Shown here: in pieces, positions 56,505 through 64,000 of the stretch
Position numbering within the stretch: the stretch's first letter is position 1
How the letters are laid out: every line of letters begins with the position of its first letter
Assembly: GCA_038207335.1 (NCBI GenBank)
Contig: JBBQZX010000008.1
Coordinates: 64,001-128,000 of the forward strand
Origin: Chthoniobacterales bacterium
GTDB lineage: Bacteria > Verrucomicrobiota > Verrucomicrobiia > Chthoniobacterales > Chthoniobacteraceae
Direction of reading: 5' to 3'
DNA length: 64,000 nucleotides
The notes under the pieces: model-generated
Database searches by the model: none
Told to the model about the DNA's origin: nothing
Seen by the model: the letters and a program-made list of their open reading frames with translations, nothing else
Made by a program: the position numbers and the translations under genes

Positions 56505-57227
56505 ATGAACCCGCTCGAATCTCTCAAAGTCAAAATCTTCGCTGACGGCGCGGACAAAAAAGGAATGCTCGATCTTTACGCCAACCCGCTGATCCAGGGG
56601 ATGACGACGAATCCGACGCTGATGAACAAGATCGGAATCAAGGACTATGAAGCCTTCGCGCGCGACGTGCTGGAGACCGTGACGGACAAGCCGATTTCGT
56701 TCGAGGTGTTCTCGGATGAGTTCGCCGACATGCGGAAGCAGGCGCTGAAAATCGCGGCGTGGCAGAAGAATGTGTTCGTGAAGATCCCGGTGATGAATCC
56801 GCGTGGCGAGGCGTCCTACGAGCTGATTAGCGATCTCGCGAACGAAGGCGTGCAACTCAATGTGACCGCAATTTTGACGGTCGAGCAGGTGAGCTGCGTG
56901 GCGGAATCGCTCTCGCCGAAGACGGCGTCGGTGGTGTCGGTCTTCGCCGGCCGCATCGCGGACACGGGTCGCGATCCGGGGCCGATCATGGAAGAAAGCT
57001 TGAAGGTTCTGCGCGACTTGCCGGCCGCGGAATTGCTGTGGGCGAGCGTGCGCGAAGTGCTGAATATTTTCCAAGCCGACGCGTGCGGCACTCACATCGT
57101 GACGGTGCAGCACGACATCCTCGGCAAGGCATTGAAAATGGCCGGGATGGACCTCACGGAGCTGTCGCTCGATACCGTGCGGATGTTCGACAAGGATGCA
57201 AAAGCGGCCGGCTTCACATTGAGCTGA
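56505..57227 (+). CDS. tal: Small (TalC-type) transaldolase
   Basis: KIFADGAD, GMTTNPTL, ISFEV, VKIP (Schiff-base Lys), NVT, SVFAGRIAD, WAS.R. Confidence 0.9.
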   Translation: MNPLESLKVKIFADGADKKGMLDLYANPLIQGMTTNPTLMNKIGIKDYEAFARDVLETVTDKPISFEVFSDEFADMRKQALKIAAWQKNVFVKIPVMNPRGEASYELISDLANEGVQLNVTAILTVEQVSCVAESLSPKTASVVSVFAGRIADTGRDPGPIMEESLKVLRDLPAAELLWASVREVLNIFQADACGTHIVTVQHDILGKALKMAGMDLTELSLDTVRMFDKDAKAAGFTLS

Positions 57228-57274
57228 CGGCGCCAGCCCGGTCCATCGCGGAGTCCGAAGAGCAAAATCGACCG

Positions 57275-58489
57275 ATGACCGCGCGAGCCGCTCCGACACG
57301 GATACTTTCGATTTTCAACAAGTACATCGAGCGCGGCGGGGAGGAGGTCGCGGTCGAGGAAATCTGCGCGGCGCTGGCGCGTCATCCGGCGGAGTTCGAG
57401 CCGCGGGAGCTGCTTTTTCACAGCGCGGATTGGCGTCGCGAGCCGGTGCCGTCGGTGTGGAAAAAGGCGCGGTGGTTTGTGCGAAATCCGACCTCGATCG
57501 CGCGGCTGCGTGAGTCGCAATCGGCGCTGCGGGCGGATTGCTGGCTGGCGCACAATCTTTTTCCGGTCGGCTCGGCGGCGATTTATCGCGAGGCGCTGCG
57601 ACTCGGCGTGCCAATGATCCAGTATCTGCACAACTACCGCCCGTTCTCAGTGAGCGGCTATTTGTGGGATGGCGAGAAGCTCGCACCGGGCGGATTGCGT
57701 GGCTCGTTTTGGCAGGAGATCCGCGCGGGCGCGTGGCAGGATTCGCAACTCAAGACGGCGGGCTACGCGGTCGTGCTGAAGGCAATGCACGCGCTCGGGT
57801 GGTTCGAGGCGGTGAAGTCGTGGGTGGCAATTTCGGAGTTCATGCGGCAGCGGTTCATCGAGGCTGGGGTGCCGGCTGAGCGGATTTTCACGGCACCGCA
57901 TTTTTGGCGCGCGATGGAGTCGCCGCCCGCGCCGCGCGACGACGGGTATTTTCTTTTTTTGGGAAGACTGATCACGGCAAAGGGCGTACGCGTGCTTTTC
58001 GAGGCGTGGGCGCTGGTGGAGGAGGCCCTCGGCTCACGCGCGCCGCGGCTGGTGATCGCAGGCGCGGGGCCGCTGGAGGGCTCGGTGCGCGAGTGCTGCG
58101 GGCGGCGGGAGCGCGTGGAATTTGCGGGGCATGTGAGCGGGGAGAAGAAGGCGGAATTGATCGCGGGCTGCTCGGCGATGGTGGCGCCGTCGATCTGGTG
58201 GGAACCGCTCGGGCTGGTGACTTATGAGGCCTACGATTTTCAAAAGCCGATGCTCGCCGCGGCGTCGGGTGGACTGACGGAAACAGTGGTCGATGGCGAG
58301 ACGGGGCTGTTACACGAGCCCGGCAATGCGCGGCAACTCGCGGAGCAAGTGCTCGCGCTGCACAGCGACCCCGGCCGGCGCGCGGCGATGGGTGCAAACG
58401 GCCGCGCGTGGCTGGTGGGAAATACGAACGAGGCGCTGTGGCTGCAGCGCTTTGACCGGGCAGTGGAGTATGCGCTGGCAGGGCGGTGA
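57275..58489 (+). CDS. Glycosyltransferase family 4
   Basis: Y..RGGE, HN.FP, LHNYR, FLGRL...KG, PSIWWEPLGLVTYEA. Confidence 0.9.
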   Translation: MTARAAPTRILSIFNKYIERGGEEVAVEEICAALARHPAEFEPRELLFHSADWRREPVPSVWKKARWFVRNPTSIARLRESQSALRADCWLAHNLFPVGSAAIYREALRLGVPMIQYLHNYRPFSVSGYLWDGEKLAPGGLRGSFWQEIRAGAWQDSQLKTAGYAVVLKAMHALGWFEAVKSWVAISEFMRQRFIEAGVPAERIFTAPHFWRAMESPPAPRDDGYFLFLGRLITAKGVRVLFEAWALVEEALGSRAPRLVIAGAGPLEGSVRECCGRRERVEFAGHVSGEKKAELIAGCSAMVAPSIWWEPLGLVTYEAYDFQKPMLAAASGGLTETVVDGETGLLHEPGNARQLAEQVLALHSDPGRRAAMGANGRAWLVGNTNEALWLQRFDRAVEYALAGR

Positions 58490-58600
58490 GGGCTGCCGAC
58501 CTTTCAGGCTGACTTTAGACAAGTGCAGTTCGCCTTCGCAGGTTAAAATCCCCTGCAGCGTTTCAAAGGCAAAGCTTGCAACGGAAATTGCGTGTTCCCG

Positions 58601-60157
58601 TCACGCGCAGTCGAGTTCTACGGCGCTCACGGAGGCTGCAGGGACGCGCCAACGGTAGGTCTCGGCGGGGGGCAGGACGTGCTCCTGAGGCTGGAAGGCG
58701 CGGGGATTGATCTCGCTGGCTTCGTGGCGGAGGGAGTCGGGGGCGATGGCGAGGACTCGTGCCGCGATGATGGTCTCCCCTTTCACAGAAAAGGAAACCT
58801 CGGTGCTGCCGTTGAAGTCCTTGTTGGCAACGTGGAGGAAGACTTTCTTTCCGGTGCGGCTGGCGGCGATGTCGAGGCTGCCGGGGGCCGAAGTGACGGC
58901 GATGGCCTGGCGTCCGTTGTGGTGCTTGAAGAGGCGCATGACGGCGCCGGCCGGGAGCAGGTAGCTGAGGCGGCCGGGGATCTGGAGGAGGAGGGCGCTG
59001 GAGGTCCAGCGGTTGCCGTTGAAGTCGGCGCAGGTCGCGATTTTCACGCGGGCGCCGGCGCGCTGGTAGCTGTTCATGGAGCGGGCGTGATAGACGCCGG
59101 TGAGCCACTCGGTGAGGATGGGGTTGAGGTTTCGCGGGGAGAGGCTGAGGTGGCCCTCGGTGACGGCGAGGCCGTGCGGGGTTTTCTTTGCGTCGATGAT
59201 TTCGACCATGCGCCGGAGCCGCTGCTCCACGCGGTCGGCGAGGCCGGCGAGTTCCTGCCAGGCCTGCTCTGGATTGGACTGGTAGCGGTTGCCGGCGAGG
59301 ACGGTGTCTTTGCGCTGCGGCGACTGGCCCATCATGTGCATGGCAATGTGGTCGATTTGCTCGCCGGCGCGCTCGATCATGTCGCCGGCCCATGCTTCGC
59401 CGCGGCCGGGGAGGTCGCCCCACGCGATGAGTTGGAGCGCTGGGTCGCGCTCGCGCATGGCTTTGGCAAAGTCGATGGTGTGGGCGATGCAGTCGTCTTT
59501 GGAGAAGTTGTCGGGCGCGTAGCTGGTCTCGTTCCCCAGCTGCCAGAGTCGGAGGTTGAAGGGCTCGGGATGCCCATTGGCACGGCGTTCGCGGTCGGAG
59601 GGGTCGTTGCAATAACTGACCCAGTCGGCCGCTTCGCGCGCGTCCCCGGTGCGGTCGCCCTCGGGCGTCTTGCGGTATTCCTCACGCCCGTCGCCGAGGA
59701 AATTGACGCAGTAGAAACCTTCGCACCCGACGCGCTGGCAGTAGTCGGCAAACTCGTGCGTGCCGACGCGGTTGCTCTCCCAGCCATCCCACATGTAGTT
59801 GCGATGCCGCGGTCGCTCGGCCGCGGGGCCGATGCCTTCGCGCCATTTATAGTAGCGGCTGTAGATGCCGCCGAAGCGCATGAGGTCGGGCGCGAGGTCG
59901 CGCGTGGTCTCGATGAAGTCTGCGCGCCAGTCGTCGGCACGGTGATCCCACGAGCCCTCTACGCTGGCGTCGGTGAGGCCGAGCGGCTCCATGAATTGCA
60001 TGTGGAGCCACGGCGAGATGTCGAAGAGCGGCGCGGGATCGACGACGATCGCGGCGCCGGGACGCGGCTCTGCGGCGGATTGCGCTAGCGCTTGTCGTGC
60101 GAGGAGCGCGCCGCCAGCGACGGCCGTGCAGCGTTGGATGAATGTGCGGCGTTGCAT
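58601..60157 (-). CDS. Tat-exported GH51 alpha-L-arabinofuranosidase-like glycosidase
   Basis: MQRRTFI twin-arginine signal; FMEPLG, RFGG...YKWREGIGP...RP, ESNRVGTHEF, WQLGNE acid/base motif. Confidence 0.85.
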   Translation of the reverse strand: MQRRTFIQRCTAVAGGALLARQALAQSAAEPRPGAAIVVDPAPLFDISPWLHMQFMEPLGLTDASVEGSWDHRADDWRADFIETTRDLAPDLMRFGGIYSRYYKWREGIGPAAERPRHRNYMWDGWESNRVGTHEFADYCQRVGCEGFYCVNFLGDGREEYRKTPEGDRTGDAREAADWVSYCNDPSDRERRANGHPEPFNLRLWQLGNETSYAPDNFSKDDCIAHTIDFAKAMRERDPALQLIAWGDLPGRGEAWAGDMIERAGEQIDHIAMHMMGQSPQRKDTVLAGNRYQSNPEQAWQELAGLADRVEQRLRRMVEIIDAKKTPHGLAVTEGHLSLSPRNLNPILTEWLTGVYHARSMNSYQRAGARVKIATCADFNGNRWTSSALLLQIPGRLSYLLPAGAVMRLFKHHNGRQAIAVTSAPGSLDIAASRTGKKVFLHVANKDFNGSTEVSFSVKGETIIAARVLAIAPDSLRHEASEINPRAFQPQEHVLPPAETYRWRVPAASVSAVELDCA

Positions 60158-60220
60158 GGGGGAGATGCGCCGTCAGCGTAACGGGTGCGGCGTTAAAAAA
60201 ACGCCGGAACCGGAGTGCTG

Positions 60221-62065
60221 CTATGCGGTCGCGGGGACAGGAGCGCGGTAGGCTTCGATCGAGACGATCTCGACCTCGCGGTCGCCTTCCTCGGTCGGGA
60301 GTTTGACTTTCGTCCCGACTGGATTGCCGACGAGCGCCTGCGCGATGGCCGTCTGGTAGCTGATGATCCCCTTCTCCGGCACGCCGTCCCATGCGCCGAG
60401 GATTGTGAAGATTTCCGTCTTTCCCGTCGCCGTGTCTTTCACCGCGACGACCGTGCCGATGCTGACGTTGCGGATGTCGGGGTTTGCAAAATCGGTGCCG
60501 CGGGCGCGTCCGAGGTCGCGCTCGGCTTCGGACTTCCGCCGCATGAGGACGCTTTGCATTTCTTTCGCGGCCTTGAATTCAAAGTTCTCGCGCAAGTCGC
60601 CGTGGCTGCGCGCGACGCTGATTTCCTTGGTGTTGTCGGGAATCTGCTTGGTGATAAGGTCTTCGTATTCGGCCTTGCGCTTCTCGAGGCTCGCCCAAGA
60701 GACGATGAGCGACTCCTGTTTCTCGCCGCTGTCGCCGGAGATCATGGACTGGAGCTCGGGATACTGGCGGATGATGCGACCGAGCAGCGAGCGCTTGTTC
60801 AGCTCCTCGAAGACGGTGGACATCATTATTTTCCGCATGGTCTCGCGGAGCTGCTCGGGCGTGGCGTCGGCGATGATGTCGTTGAGCAGGTTTTTGTCGC
60901 CGAGCAAAAGGTCGTGCAGTTTGCGGTCGCGCTTTTCGCTGAATTGATCGCGCTCGAGGGCGGAAACGATGGCGCTGAGAAGGCGGATGCCGGCGAGTTC
61001 CTTGAACGGCCCGGTGCGCTCTTTTGCGAGCCAATGCAGCGCCTCGCTCGAGATGGAATGCTCGCTGATGGCGCGGGAAAGCGCGGCCCGCAGCTCGTCA
61101 GTTTTGCCCTTCTCCACGAGCAGGCGCCCAGCCTCGCCGACGATCCGCGAATTGCCGCGGAGCGCGAGGTCGATCGCCTTGCCGACCCACTGGTCGCCGA
61201 ATGCGCCGGGCAGTTCGCCGAGAACGCGCTTGAGTTTCGCGGAGGGGATTTCGCCGAGCAGGATCGGGAGCTGGCGCTCGCCCGCCAGCAGGAAATCGGA
61301 CACGGAAGCCACGGCCAGGTTTTTCTCGAGGCCCTCGACGCGCTCGATGATTTCGTCGCGCGTGAGGATGAGGCTGAGCGCCTGCGAGGTGTGCAGGCGC
61401 TGGGTTTTGCGCGCGGTTTCATTCACCGCGGTGATGATCGGCGTGAGCTGCGCGACGGGGTCGGTGAACTCGGCGATGTTCTTCGAGATGATCTCGAGCG
61501 CGGCGATTTGGTCTTTGACCTGACGCACGGATTGGAAGCCGACGATGTATTCATCCGCGTGCGAAATCTGGTCTTCGCGCAGCTCGAACGGCTCGCTCTT
61601 CTTCCCCGGAATCGTGAAGTGGCCGTCCTTTTTCATCCCCTTCTTCGCGCCGTCGAGCCACCGCTTGAATTCCGCCTCGCTCATCACCGCCGGCACGAGC
61701 GCCTGCATGACGTGATCCTGTTTCGCCTTGCCGCCGAAGCTCGTGATGATCTGACGCATGAGGCCGACAGGATCGGCTTTGGCGCGGGCTTTCACGTCGT
61801 TGAGATTGCTGGCGCGCTGCGCGAAAATGTGCTCGTTGGGGATGAAGGTGAGCGACTCCGCGGCATACTGGAGTTGCATCGAGTGGTCTCTTTTTCCCGT
61901 GAAGTGGATCGTCATCTGACTAACGAGAAAATTGATCGAATCGATCTGGCCGAAGCCCCAGCTTTTGTGGATGACGTATGAGCCGGGCTGGAGCGCTTCG
62001 AGTGCGGCGGCGGCGGGGGGTGTGAGTTTACCGGAATCGACGGCCTTCTGAATATCGGGATGCAT
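60221..62065 (-). CDS. greA: Large GreA-family transcription elongation factor with N-terminal extension
   Basis: C-terminal ARSHGDLRENFEFKAAKE, V.IGT.V, ILGAW...ISYQT.IAQAL.G; about 450 aa N-terminal extension. Confidence 0.85.
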   Translation of the reverse strand: MHPDIQKAVDSGKLTPPAAAALEALQPGSYVIHKSWGFGQIDSINFLVSQMTIHFTGKRDHSMQLQYAAESLTFIPNEHIFAQRASNLNDVKARAKADPVGLMRQIITSFGGKAKQDHVMQALVPAVMSEAEFKRWLDGAKKGMKKDGHFTIPGKKSEPFELREDQISHADEYIVGFQSVRQVKDQIAALEIISKNIAEFTDPVAQLTPIITAVNETARKTQRLHTSQALSLILTRDEIIERVEGLEKNLAVASVSDFLLAGERQLPILLGEIPSAKLKRVLGELPGAFGDQWVGKAIDLALRGNSRIVGEAGRLLVEKGKTDELRAALSRAISEHSISSEALHWLAKERTGPFKELAGIRLLSAIVSALERDQFSEKRDRKLHDLLLGDKNLLNDIIADATPEQLRETMRKIMMSTVFEELNKRSLLGRIIRQYPELQSMISGDSGEKQESLIVSWASLEKRKAEYEDLITKQIPDNTKEISVARSHGDLRENFEFKAAKEMQSVLMRRKSEAERDLGRARGTDFANPDIRNVSIGTVVAVKDTATGKTEIFTILGAWDGVPEKGIISYQTAIAQALVGNPVGTKVKLPTEEGDREVEIVSIEAYRAPVPATA

Positions 62066-62074
62066 GCGGTGAGC

Positions 62075-62104
62075 ACTCTAGGGGGTGGGGAGCGGAGGGG
62101 GCAA
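62075..62104 (-). promoter_or_regulatory. Putative sigma70 promoter of greA (near-leaderless)
   Basis: TTGCCC-18 nt-TAGAGT, ending 9 nt before the ATG. Confidence 0.45.
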
Positions 62105-62186
62105 GGATTTCGATTGCGGCGGGTGGAGTGGTTCCTGCTTCCCCGTTTCCGTTCGTGCGGGTAAAAGCCGACGAACACTTTAAAAC

Positions 62187-64000
62187 ATGACTCTGGAGCG
62201 TGAAACATGGATGCCGCCGACGGGCGAAGGCGACGTGGGGTTCCATCTGATGTTCGATCAGAATCCGGTGCCGATGTGGGTCTATGATCACGAGACTCTG
62301 GCCTTTCTCGCGGTGAACAATGCTGCTGTGGAAAAATACGGCTGGCCGCGCGAGGAATTCCTCACGCTCACGATCGAGGATGTGCTGCCGCGCGAGGATT
62401 TGCCGTTTTTTCGGGAATATCGCGTGAATACCGCGCACGAGGTTTCCTCGGGCCGCAACGCGACAATTCCGTGCCAGCATCGGACTCGCACGGGACGGCT
62501 GATCGACATCGAAAGCACCTGGCATGTGATGCCGCTCGGCGACCGGATGGGCGTGCTCGTGATCAATTGCGACCGCTCCGAGCAGAAGCAGATTGAAGAG
62601 AAAATTCGCGAGCAGGCGAGCCTGCTCGACCTCGCCGCGGATGCGATCGTGGTGCGCGATCTCGACCACCGCATTTTGTTTTGGAATCAAGGCGCAGAGC
62701 GGCTCTACGGCTGGTCCACCGAGGAGGCGGTGGGTGCGAAAACGACGGATCTCTTCGCCGGAGACGCCGCGGTTTTTGCTCAGGCATTCAAGGCGCTGCT
62801 GGATCGCGGCATCTGGTCCGGGGAGCTGCAGCAGGCGCGTAAAGATGGGCGCGAAGTGTCGGTCAACAGCCGGTGGACACTAGTCTCGGATGACGCCGGG
62901 AGGCCGAAGTCGGTGCTCGTTTTTAATACCGACATGACGGAGACGAAAAAGCTCGAGTCGCAGTTCCTGCGCGCGCAGCGGCTGGAGTCGATTGGCACGC
63001 TTGCGAGCGGGATCGCGCATGATTTGAACAACATCTTGTCGCCGATCCTGATGTCCGTAGGGATGCTGCGGAACACGGTTAAAGGCGCGTCCGCCGAGCG
63101 GATGCTCGGGATCATCGAGAGCAGCGCGGAGCGGGGCGCAGGGATCGTGAAGCAGGTGCTCACATTTGCGCGCGGCGTGGAGGGCGAGCGCGTGCTTTTG
63201 CAGCCGAAGCATCTCATCGGCGAGCTGTCGAAAATCATGGCGCAGACGTTTCCGCGCAACATCGACATCCAGACGCAATTTTCGCCCGACTTGTGGACGG
63301 TGCTCGGCGATGCGACGCAGCTTCATCAGGTGCTGCTGAATCTCTCCGTGAATGCGCGCGACGCGATGTCCGGCGGCGGCACGCTCACGATCGGGGGCGA
63401 GAACGTCGATGTGGACGCGCACTTCGCCAGCATGAACCCCGGCGCGCAGCTCGGCCCGCACGTCGCACTCCGCGTCTCCGACACCGGCAGCGGCATGTCG
63501 GCTGAGACGATGGAGAAAATTTTCGATCCATTTTTCACCACGAAAGAAGTGGGCAAAGGCACTGGGCTCGGCCTCGCGACGGTGATCGGCATCGTAAAAA
63601 GCCACGGCGGTTTCCTCACGCTCCAGAGCACGATCGGAGTCGGGACGGTGTTCAAAGTTTTTGTCCCCGCATCGACTCAAGCGGAGCAAAGCAACTCGCC
63701 CGCGGAGGCTGCGGCGCCGCCGCGAGGCAATGGCCAACGCATCCTCGTGGTCGATGACGAAGCGGCGATCCGCGAGGCGCTCGTCAGCACGCTCGAGGTG
63801 AATGGCTATCACGTTTTCACAGCGGAGGATGGCACGGATGCGCTCGCCCTTTACTTCCAGCGGCGGGATGAAATCGCGCTCATCATCACCGACATCTCGA
63901 TGGGCCAGATGGACGGCGTCGCGCTCACCCGCGCCGTGAAAAAGCTAAATCCCGCGGCGCGCATCATCGTCTCCAGCGGCCATTTTCAAAAAGAAAACAC
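62187..64000 (+). CDS. PAS-PAS hybrid histidine kinase with receiver domain (3' end outside the window; absent from the ORF track)
   Basis: Manual translation from ATG 62187: MFDQNPVPMWVYD..TL.FLAVN, second PAS FWNQGAERLYGW, H-box LASGIAHDLNNIL, NLSVNARDAM, DTGSGM, GTGLGL, receiver ILVVDDE...ITDISM. Confidence 0.9.
   Translation, partial: MTLERETWMPPTGEGDVGFHLMFDQNPVPMWVYDHETLAFLAVNNAAVEKYGWPREEFLTLTIEDVLPREDLPFFREYRVNTAHEVSSGRNATIPCQHRTRTGRLIDIESTWHVMPLGDRMGVLVINCDRSEQKQIEEKIREQASLLDLAADAIVVRDLDHRILFWNQGAERLYGWSTEEAVGAKTTDLFAGDAAVFAQAFKALLDRGIWSGELQQARKDGREVSVNSRWTLVSDDAGRPKSVLVFNTDMTETKKLESQFLRAQRLESIGTLASGIAHDLNNILSPILMSVGMLRNTVKGASAERMLGIIESSAERGAGIVKQVLTFARGVEGERVLLQPKHLIGELSKIMAQTFPRNIDIQTQFSPDLWTVLGDATQLHQVLLNLSVNARDAMSGGGTLTIGGENVDVDAHFASMNPGAQLGPHVALRVSDTGSGMSAETMEKIFDPFFTTKEVGKGTGLGLATVIGIVKSHGGFLTLQSTIGVGTVFKVFVPASTQAEQSNSPAEAAAPPRGNGQRILVVDDEAAIREALVSTLEVNGYHVFTAEDGTDALALYFQRRDEIALIITDISMGQMDGVALTRAVKKLNPAARIIVSSGHFQKEN

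Noticed and set aside
44969..57227. A lincosamide antibiotic biosynthetic cluster
   Set aside because: No alkylproline, condensation, thiol-transfer or resistance genes are present; the context is a Wzx/Wzy and glycosyltransferase locus, so only the sugar module is shared.
58490..58600. Hairpin GCAGG-TTAAAATCC-CCTGC as a tRNA T-arm or dif site
   Set aside because: No cloverleaf, acceptor stem or CCA end, and no match to a dif XerD arm.
60215..61981. Long antisense ORFs (588 aa here; also 5046-6635, 28924-30519, 58592-60088, 22339-23526)
   Set aside because: They are typical high-GC shadow frames opposite well-supported genes, with no family motifs.

Overview
High-GC bacterial chromosomal segment. 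Gene content (DUF4912 protein, large GreA fusion, MoxR-vWA operon, ThuA-PQQ-cytochrome fusion, surface protein type) suggests a PVC-superphylum host, most likely Verrucomicrobia; this is an inference. Left to right: 3' end of an alkaline phosphatase; a ThuA/PQQ/heme-c fusion dehydrogenase; a six-gene MoxR-DUF58-BatA/vWA operon ending in a caspase-fold protein that lacks the catalytic Cys; mutS; a secreted Ig-like surface protein; a restriction-modification cassette (C-protein, Dcm-type methylase, MvaI/BcnI nuclease, orphan gene, Vsr); a lipoprotein; a CHASE hybrid kinase; an EamA transporter; xerC; DUF4912; hisF; a ~27 kb surface-polysaccharide locus (31.4-58.5 kb); a Tat-exported GH51 glycosidase; a large GreA; and a PAS hybrid kinase that runs off the end. 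The best candidate for an undescribed system lies in the glycan locus. A dedicated transaldolase, a divergent GmhA-like isomerase, a GHMP kinase, a HAD phosphatase, a nucleotidyltransferase, an NAD epimerase and a Gfo/Idh/MocA oxidoreductase match, family for family, the GDP-octose (C8 sugar) route of lincosamide antibiotics, but here sit among glycosyltransferases and Wzx/Wzy, suggesting an octose or modified-heptose cell-surface glycan. No rRNA, tRNA, CRISPR array or transposase was recognised. All calls come from reading motifs by eye; no database searches were run.
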